DNA of 63,609 bases, the filler included, from Octopus bimaculoides (lineage: Eukaryota), in assembly GCF_001194135.2 (NCBI RefSeq). It is 8 parts of 8 records of this genome, joined end to end, with 100 filler letters (N's around TTAATTAATTAA, not from the genome) between each part and the next. Parts side by side here need not be neighbours in the genome. Positions count along the whole stretch, not along the records: positions 54,120 to 57,979 come from NC_068984.1; positions 58,080 to 61,400 come from NC_068982.1; positions 61,501 to 63,609 come from NC_068987.1; 5 more parts are not named here. The stretch is one strand, 5' to 3'. Position numbers and translations under genes: made by a program. Below are positions 55,037-63,609 of this stretch, one piece after another (within the stretch, counting starts at the first letter, position 1; each line of letters begins with the position of its first letter). The notes under the pieces are model-generated. The model was given only the letters and a program-made list of their open reading frames with translations. It was not told the origin of the DNA and did not search any database.

Positions 55037-55077
<41 letters not shown>

Positions 55078-55173
55078 GTGTGTGTGTGTGTGTGCGCGCA
55101 CGAGGATGCTAATGTATCTGTGTGCGGGAGAGTGGGAATGCATGTGTGTGTGCGAGTATGTCTATATATACAC

Positions 55174-55206
<33 letters not shown>

Positions 55207-55372
55207 AATNNNNNNNNNNNNNNNNNNNNNNNNNNNNNNNNNNNNNNNNNNNNNNNNNNNNNNNNNNNNNNNNNNNNNNNNNNNNNNNNNNNNNNNNNNN
55301 NNNNNNNNNNNNNNNNNNNNNNNNNNNNNNNNNNNNNNNNNNNNNNNNNNNNNNNNNNNNNNNNNNNNNNNN

Positions 55373-55411
<39 letters not shown>

Positions 55412-55739
55412 TATAGATATATATATGTATGTATATATATATATATATATAACGGTACGTATGTATGCGTCACACGATTCTGGGTTCAATCTCATTGCGT
55501 GGCAGTTTGGGCAAGTATTTTCTACTATGGCCTCGAGTCGACCAACGCCTTGTGGGTGGATTTGGTAGGCGGAAACTGAAATAAGACCAACCTATGTATA
55601 TATACATAGGATAGTCTTTCCTCCTTGTATTTTTTATTTCGCTTCCATTACCACTTCAGATTTTCTGCAATATAGTTACATATACATGTATGTTTTAACA
55701 AACAGGGCCACTTTCCTTGCAGGATGTGTACATTAGCTC

Positions 55740-56412
55740 CACCGCACAACCCTATTCTGTGACGTATCCACAGGGAAGCCGCTGCCGATCGCCCCATTAG
55801 CCTAGCACAGGAAGGTTTTCAACGTCATTCACGGGCTGTCCCACTCAGTACTAGAGTCACACGTCATCTGTTGTCAAGCAAATTTATCTGGCACGGTATG
55901 GCCTAGTAAATTGGGCAGTAGACCAGGACTCGTATCCCCTGCTAACAAGCCAGGATCCATCAGCATACCAAAGCACTCCTCGGAAGGTATGAACCACTAC
56001 AGGCCCGTTTCAGCCACGTCAACATTGACCTTGTCGGCCCCTACCACTTTCGCAGGGTTGCTCTTACCTACTAACCTTGGTAGACAGCGACAGTCTTTGG
56101 CCTGAGGCTATCCCCCTCCGCAGTACGGCAACACAGGAAGTCAGCCACGCCTTCATCACAGACTGGTCATCTCCTTTCGCTGTCCCAGACAGCAACTGAT
56201 CCGATCGTGGCCGACAATTCACATCGAAGCTGTGAAATGATATGTGTGACCTTTTTCGAATCACAATGAAGCACACAACTGCCTACCATCCCCAGGTCAA
56301 CGGGTTAGTGGAGAGATTTCAACGCCGCCTGAAGGAATCTCTTACAACCAGACTTAACGGACTCAATTGGATGGATCAGTTTCCATACGTAATGCTGGGA
56401 ATCTGCACCACC
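55740..56412 (+). mobile_element. Ty3/Gypsy integrase remnant
   Basis: IHGLSH zinc-finger region; HVNIDLVGP; WPEAIPL; SDRGRQFTS; TTAYHPQVNGLVERF; stops and frameshifts present. Confidence 0.92.
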
Positions 56413-56429
56413 TCAGTTATCTGGCCAGG

Positions 56430-56610
56430 AATTTTCAATAGACAGATAACTGAAGAGAAGGCGGCACGGGCTTCCGCCCCGGCATCCGAAACTCAGAGTT
56501 TTATCAACGCTACCGAATAATTGTCACATATTTTTACAGATAAATTCGTCTATTTACATAATATCAAGGTCGCTTTCTTTCTTTTGTTGTCTTTTCTATC
56601 AATATATATA
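56430..56610 (+). mobile_element. hammerhead-bearing repeat, copy 2
   Basis: Collinear with 62670-62880; same TTTTCTATCAAT(AT)n terminus as copy 3. Confidence 0.7.
56439..56512 (+). ncRNA. putative type I hammerhead ribozyme, copy 2
   Basis: GATAA 56445-49, CTGAAGA 56450-56, GAAA 56488-91, ACTC-A-GAGT, U, TTATC 56501-05. Confidence 0.65.
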
Positions 56611-58325
56611 TATATGATAGAAATTTAGATGTAATAAAATGTTTTAAAAGATATTTAGAATGNNNNNNNNNNNNNNNNNNNNNNNNNNNNNNNNNNNNNN
56701 NNNNNNNNNNNNNNNNNNNNNNNNNNNNNNNNNNNNNNNNNNNNNNNNNNNNNNNNNNNNNNNNNNNNNNNNNNNNNNNNNNNNNNNNNNNNNNNNNNNN
56801 NNNNNNNNNNNNNNNNNNNNNNNNNNNNNNNNNNNNNNNNNNNNNNNNNNNNNNNNNNNNNNNNNNNNNNNNNNNNNNNNNNNNNNNNNNNNNNNNNNNN
56901 NNNNNNNNNNNNNNNNNNNNNNNNNNNNNNNNNNNNNNNNNNNNNNNNNNNNNNNNNNNNNNNNNNNNNNNNNNNNNNNNNNNNNNNNNNNNNNNNNNNN
57001 NNNNNNNNNNNNNNNNNNNNNNNNNNNNNNNNNNNNNNNNNNNNNNNNNNNNNNNNNNNNNNNNNNNTATATATATGCATATATATATATGTAAATACGT
57101 AATAGTGTACTGCCGTCACCTCAGAACTAATTAGATATAAGTTGTTAGATTGTTAGAGCATCGTATATGAATTCAGAGATAATTGAAAAGAACAAATAAA
57201 AGAGACATGCCGAACAAGTAAAATGTTGAACTGATAATAAATCAAATCAAAAAAAAAGAAAAAAAGAAAAGAAATTAGGTTAATGTGGACGGAGGGAATT
57301 TAAGTATTATATAAGGACTATATAGCTGTAAATCACAAGTAATATGGCATTTTATTTGCTTTGTGGGCGGATAACATATGATAAAGTTAAAAAGAAACAA
57401 TGAAAGCATTTGACAATAAGAAAAGCTATATAAACTACGAACAATAAATTTGAAAACAAACATGGAGGGGCTATAAACAAAAAGGGAGATAAATGTTTTG
57501 TGGATTTAGCTGTAAGTAGTCGATGATATAATTGTTATATTTGGGGGATAAAATGACCTCCTATGACTTGTCTCGTGATCTGGTAGTCTTGTCCATTATA
57601 AAACAACGGCTTTTCGGCACAAAGAGTGCATGCGCTTTCTGCGTGTTCATATATGTGTAATTATACACACATAAATACCCGCAATTAGATGCATGCTCAG
57701 GCATTTCCGGTGACGTAAGCATTCACACATCCCTACCGATGCACGCAATAATCCACCAAGGCTAACACTACCAATATCTCAATTGGCCAAAATCAGTATC
57801 GTTGTGATTGTCTTGCGCAGCGGTTCCCAAGCTTTTCGCAATGTTCCCAACAATGGTTCCCAAACATTTTCTTTAAATGAGTTTTTCCACGGACCCCTTC
57901 TGATATGCTTATCTTTATGTATGTATGTATGTATGTATGTATGTATGTATGTATGTATATATATATATATATATATATANNNNNNNNNNNNNNNNNNNNN
58001 NNNNNNNNNNNNNNNNNNNNNNNTTAATTAATTAANNNNNNNNNNNNNNNNNNNNNNNNNNNNNNNNNNNNNNNNNNNNATATATATATATGTGTGTGTG
58101 TGTGTGTGTCTGTGTTTGTCCCCCCACTCTCGCTTGACAACCGATGCTGGTGTGTTTACGTCCCCGTAACTTTGCAGTTCGGCAAAAAAGACCGATAGAA
58201 TAAGTACTAGGTTTACAAAGAATAAATCCTGGGGTCGATTTGCTCGACTAAAGGTGGTGTTCCAGCATGGCCGCAGTCACATGACTGAAACAAATAGAAG
58301 GAATTAAAAAATAGATAAAGTATAG

Positions 58326-58404
58326 TACTGTTTCTACTTCGCGGATTTTCACCTATCGCGGCGGTTATTGGAACATAACACTCGCGATAGTCGAGGGATT
58401 ACTG
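58326..58404. mobile_element. Tigger terminal fragment, same family
   Basis: Reverse complement of the 38474-38550 terminus. Confidence 0.75.
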
Positions 58405-58541
58405 ATAGTAACTTTAGTAACACAGTCGATAGTGTCACGTGGTTGCTTTGTTATCATTACTATGGTTTGGACACCATTACTATGGTTATGGCTTGTGTTG
58501 TATTTTTGAAAAACCATAGTCATGTGGCTTAGCTAGCCGTG

Positions 58542-58915
58542 TGTATAACAAACGAACTCACGAACTTTGAACATTTAACATATTTATTGATGGATATGAT
58601 TTACTGCGTTTGGCTGTTAACAAAAGAAATATGTTGACAATATAACTGCGCTGTCTTTTAGAAGGTTAACTGTAATACATTGCGTGTGAATGTCCGAAGT
58701 CGTTTCATGCTCGAAGTGGCTTGTCCGAGTGTCTGAGGTAGTCTGGTCTAAGCGGTTTGAAGCTTCTGTGAGTGTCCAAGGTGGTCTCTACGAATGTCTG
58801 AGTATGTCTGGTCTTAGCGGTTGCAGAGGCCGCCTAGCTGACTTAGACGCCAAACAGTTTTTAAAGATGAAAAAGGAAGCCAATTTTAGATCATTCGAGG
58901 AACCATATCACACCA
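58542..58915 (-). mobile_element. LTR-like element
   Basis: Minus-strand AATAAA at 58583-88 and GTTATACA terminus; about 170 bp recurs at 59845-60012. Confidence 0.45.
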
Positions 58916-58975
58916 TAGCTTCATGCTGATCAGTGAAACTGTGGTGGCTCACTCGTGATCCCTAATTGAATATCT

Positions 58976-59369
58976 TGTAGTTGGGGTTTGAATCCCTACA
59001 ACAGTACAGTGATTACTTGTATCCCAGCAAAGGGGAGTGTAGGCGCAGTACCTCTTGACAGCGGGTAAACAAGCTGGCCATACAGAGAGAGGGCACTACA
59101 CAACATTGAGGTTCAGACACGTGACCTCACCTCTTTCTCTTTTACTGTATGGAAACGCAAGCCATGAGGACGCAACTTGACTGGCTCTATCTTATGCCAC
59201 AGGCCAGCTAGCAGATAGGAACATAGCACAGAAGACCACGGCCCTTACACACCAACCATTCTGTTTGTCATTCTATTGTGTATGTACGAATGGTCACAAA
59301 TAAACGTGTTTAAGTTACAACCTTGCTCGTATGTGTTTTCCGTCCGGGTTTACCACCAACCAAATTACA
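58976..59369 (+). mobile_element. LTR-like element
   Basis: TGTA...TACA termini; AATAAA about 50 bp before the end; no TSD. Confidence 0.4.
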
Positions 59370-59844
59370 GCCTTCTGAGAGTCATATTAGGTGGCTCAAT
59401 AACGATCTGCACCATCTAAAATGGAGACCTCCCCACTGACGTGAACAAAGACTTCTAAAGTGGTAACCCAACGTGGGAAATGACCATATTCATCTAAAAT
59501 AGAGAAAACCAGGCGAACACAGACCAGTGAATACGTATTCCCCTTTCTCGTTCGCGACTTCGGCTACGCAACCAAAGGAACATACTACCACTGATGTCTC
59601 TCGTCGACATAATGTCTTCTTCACCAGGAAAATTTTGGCGCCATTTTCAAGCGGGAAACCACAAACCATTTTTCCTCGGGTTGTAACCGAAAATACAACT
59701 TCTTCATTTGAATCACAGCATCCCAGAGAATTTTCTTCTTGCTTATAAAAAATCGATACTTATTTTATTGATCCCGAAAGGATGAAAGACAAAGTCACCT
59801 CGACAGTATTTGAACTTAAAACTTAGAGGCGAAAGAAATCCTAC

Positions 59845-60012
59845 GAATGTAGTCCGGTCTAAACGGTTTGAAGCTTCTGTACGTGTCCGGGGTGGTCTCT
59901 ACGAATGTCCGAGTCCGTCTGGTCTTAAGTGGTCTGCCGAGACCGTCTGGCTGACTTAGACGTCAAATGGTTTTTATAAGATGAAAAAGGAAGCCAATTT
60001 TAGCTCATTCAA
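59845..60012 (-). repeat. second partial copy of the 58.7-58.9 kb repeat
   Basis: Collinear match including GGTTTGAAGCTTCTGT and AAGATGAAAAAGGAAGCCAATTTTAG. Confidence 0.85.
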
Positions 60013-60486
60013 GGAGTTCGCTAATGATTCTGTTTGCTCACGGCCTTTGGTAATATGATCTCATTAGTCCTACTGTAACAATTTGATTGATAGTATTGGT
60101 AGAAGAAAGAACAAAATGCTTTGCAATTAACGTTATCCTCACCCTTCTAAGTTCAGTACCAGTTAAGTACCGAGGTCGATTTCCTTCTCTCAAATATAAC
60201 TTAGTGCTAATTTCGAAAAACTATACTAATCAGTTGGTGTATCGCTGTTGTCATAACGTATGCAATGTTACCATGCTGGGCATGCAATTTTGATATAATA
60301 AGTATTACTAAATAATAAACATGAAATTAATTTTATATATGAGTTTGAACTGTTAGATTTGGAAAACGAGTACAAACAGTTTGTTTCATGAAACTGCAGG
60401 AATAGAACTATTTTGAAAGAAAATCAGTTAATGACCTTCAACAAATTTATACATACAGTTTAACGAACACGGAATGTGTACGTTAA

Positions 60487-60981
60487 TGTTGTAGCGAAGC
60501 TTCTCTCTCAGTTATATATATATGTGAATGCGGACGTAGCAGATAACAGCTAGTCTTCGGCCTTAGACCTTCTGAGGGCTAGCCGCTGACCACAGAGCAC
60601 CAGCCAGTTCCAGCGACGACAATACACAGCTGCAAACTCCATCTTCGACGCCACCATCAGCTTCTTCGTCGCCAGCGTCTACACCTACGTCTCAGCGTAC
60701 ACACCAAACCAGCAACGCTAACATAACTTTCTCCACGCTGTTTGTGTGAAATGCTTCACCAAGGTTAACAGCCAGAATTCAACCTGCGAGACCTCCTGTA
60801 CCAAGTAACCGGACACAGCATTGGAAGCCGATACAGTGGTCTACCGTGGAACTTCGAACATATTACAAACGATGTGTACAGAATAGACAACATTTGTCGA
60901 TACACCTAATCGATCTATACATTTAAAGGCACTTTAATAATCTACTATAGTAATACTCTTGTGTTTTTCTCCGTCACAACA
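60487..60981 (+). mobile_element. LTR-like element related to 45086-46062
   Basis: TGTTGT...ACAACA termini; shared core AACAGCCAGAA...AACCTGCGAGA...TAACCGG; no TSD. Confidence 0.5.
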
Positions 60982-61861
60982 TATGAGAAACGAAGGGGGT
61001 ATAGGAAAGTTGGTTATACATCATTAGATGTATACCTGACTTTCCTATATAAAATTAAAGAATATAACGGAACGCTGAACTCCAGACTATCAACTTAAAC
61101 AACATTTATTCAAGTGGTAAATATATACATCTTTAGTTCTTGTTGTTACAGCTTCTGTGTGTATGAGCATAGTTGTTGGGACGTTGTTCTGTAGTTGTAA
61201 GCGAGCTGTCGAGTGTAAGTCCGAAAGATGTAGAGAGACAGCTTAACACGTAAAGAGACTGTCTCCAGGTTGGAGTATTAGAGACACTCTTGACACGTCC
61301 GTGCTCATGGTCGGCCGACCGTAAAAGAGAAAGATTAAAGAGGGAACGCTTGCTTGTTTAATTCCACGCATGCGTGAGACTACGCATGCGCACGGCGTTC
61401 NNNNNNNNNNNNNNNNNNNNNNNNNNNNNNNNNNNNNNNNNNNNTTAATTAATTAANNNNNNNNNNNNNNNNNNNNNNNNNNNNNNNNNNNNNNNNNNNN
61501 ATATATATGAACAGACATATAAAGGTGTGTGTGTACGCGTGTTTATGTTTGTGTGTGTGTATATGTATATGTATATGTGTGTGCATGAATAAATGTATGT
61601 GTTTTCTCCTACTCGTTTCTTCTTTTACGTTTCAGACATTTGACTGCAGCCGTTTTGGAGCACCACCTTTTAGTCGAAGAAATCAACACCTGGACTTATC
61701 CTTTGTCATCCTGGTACTTATTGTATCGGTTATCTTCTGCTGAACTGCTACGTTACGGGGACATAAACACGCAAACAACGGTTGTCAAGTAAGGTGTCTG
61801 TGTGTGGGTGCGTGCGTGTGTGTGTGTGTGTGTGTATGTGTGTGTGTGTGTATATATGCAA

Positions 61862-62049
61862 AATTTAGAGGTATGACCACTGAAGTGGACACATGATATG
61901 CTAAACATAGACGTCATTTGTCTTGCTCATTTTTACATTTTGGCGTTTTGCTGAGATTGTTCTTGAGAACACACTCTTTGTGGTAATGGCGATTTGGCGT
62001 CTATGTTTAGCATATTAGGTGTCAAGTTTAGCGGTCATTCCTCTTAATT
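61862..62049. repeat. inverted repeat (hairpin element) carrying the ATGACCGCTA-type motif
   Basis: Arms of about 55 bp (61862-61915, 61995-62049) sharing ATATGCTAAACATAGACG. Confidence 0.8.
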
Positions 62050-62102
62050 TTGTATGTAACACAATTTTTATTCTTCGGATTTTTTAAATATGCTAACCCT
62101 TA

Positions 62103-62880
62103 TATGCTATGAAAATGACCGTTAAACAAAGGGAAATTACTGTGTGGTTGACCGTTATTAAGACAAAAGAGCTTTTAGAATAAGAGGAGGGAGTAACGGC
62201 AAGGGAGGAAAAATGTCCGTAGTATTCGCGTAAGCGCACCAGTGCATACATACTCGTGCGCGCCCCAACTCCCACGAACATGCGCCTATATGTATATACT
62301 CATCCACCCACACTTGAAACACCCACATGCCCACCCACACATTCGCCAAAAAATATATATATATGCCCGCATACACGCTCACACACACACACACGCGCAA
62401 CACGCTTGCACACATACACACGTGCGCAATAAAGGTTCATACACACGTCTATATACGCACATGCACAAGAAAAAAATAAGGCCAAAGGCGAAATACAGAA
62501 AAATATGTAAAAACGTCATAAGGATATGGACATTTTTACTCCCTTATATTTACTCCTTCCTCTCACTTAGCGGTCATTCTAATAGCCCTTTTGTCTTAAT
62601 AACGGTCTTAATAACGGTCAATCACACAGTAATTTCCCTTTGTTTAACGGTCATTTCCATAGCAATTTTCGATAGCCAGATAACTGAAGAGATGGTGGCG
62701 TGGGTTTCCGCCCCGACATCCGAAACTCGGAGTTTTATNNNNNNNNNNGGCGTGGGTTTCCGCCCCGACATCCGAAACTCGGAGTTTTATCATGACTACC
62801 GAATAATTGTCACATATTATTTACAAATGAATTCCTCTATTTACATAATATCGAGGTCTCTTTCTTTCTTTTGTTGTCTT
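62103..62880 (+). mobile_element. hammerhead-bearing repeat, copy 1, with inverted partial copy upstream
   Basis: 62103-62180 is an inverted partial copy of 62565-62662; hammerhead and shared tail follow to about 62880. Confidence 0.65.
62673..62798 (+). ncRNA. putative type I hammerhead ribozyme, copy 1 (best conserved)
   Basis: Stem I TAGCCAGATAA / TTATC-A-TGACTA, core CTGAAGA 62684-62690, stem II G...C, GAAA 62722-62725, stem III ACTC-G-GAGT, cleavage triplet GUU; the 3-prime half appears twice across a 10-N gap. Confidence 0.7.
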
Positions 62881-63063
62881 ACATGTACATATATGTGCAT
62901 ATACTCATATATTATTTGTATTACATGATCGAACGCACGTGTTACCCTTGCAAGTAAGTTTTGAACTTTATTTTTCTGACGCGACTCTTTCTATCTATCT
63001 CCTTTGTATCTATCTCCCCCTTTCATTCTTCCTTCTACTGTTCTTCGCCTCTCCCCGTCACTA

Positions 63064-63111
<48 letters not shown>

Positions 63112-63609
63112 GCTCACTTATATTCTACTTCCTCCCCTTTTTCTCCCTCTACCACTCTTTCTCCCTACCCCTCGCTGATCACATGTGTCCAGCTGCTAAT
63201 TCCTTTCATATCTTGGCCTCGCCAAGCACACACGAACATTCTTCTTCGTCCCGTTTCATTCTAGTTCGTGCTTCACAGCGTTCAATATACACATACTTTT
63301 TCACGTCTGGCCGTATAGCCTTTTTGTTTGTTTCTTTCACTGTTTCGTTTTCCTGTCTTGTTTTCCGTCCGCCACTATCCTCCATGGAACAAATTTAATT
63401 TGTGTCCGTGGGAAGAGCCATTTTAACGATGCGTCCTTCCCTAACTCTTCGAAACGCCAGTGTTATAATGGTGGCAGCTGATTAAGGAAATGTTCTCTAT
63501 GTGGCCTGTGTGTTTTTTTGTACATTGTTTATCATTTTGTCCATGTTTTTTTGCAACGTCATGTACCCAGATATGCATCTATACATACATGTACATATAT
63601 ATATATATA

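Noticed and set aside
62739-62790. Apparent tandem hammerhead dimer
   Set aside because: The 42-bp duplicate flanks a 10-N gap exactly, as expected for an unmerged contig overlap; long reads are needed before calling it biological

Overview
Eukaryotic, AT-rich, microsatellite-saturated genomic DNA. The SINE and LINE content resembles an octopod cephalopod (inference from repeat content only). The window is a mosaic of contigs joined by seven identical artificial 100-bp spacers (44 N + TTAATTAATTAA + 44 N). The only recognisable host gene is a block of seven minus-strand exons (34871-37252) of a CBP/p300 acetyltransferase, covering TAZ1 through KIX. Most other identifiable sequence is mobile DNA: several SINE families, CR1/L2-group, RTE, Tx1 and R4/Dong LINE remnants, a Gypsy integrase remnant, LTR-like elements, and mariner, Tigger and hAT derivatives. 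The top observation is a dispersed repeat with three copies (about 14.7, 56.4 and 62.7 kb) that folds by eye into a type I hammerhead ribozyme. It has the conserved core and a minimal, near-palindromic stem III, and sits in an inverted-repeat, (TA)n-ended element suggesting a Penelope-like or retrozyme-like family. All alignments and folds were done by eye; no searches were run.
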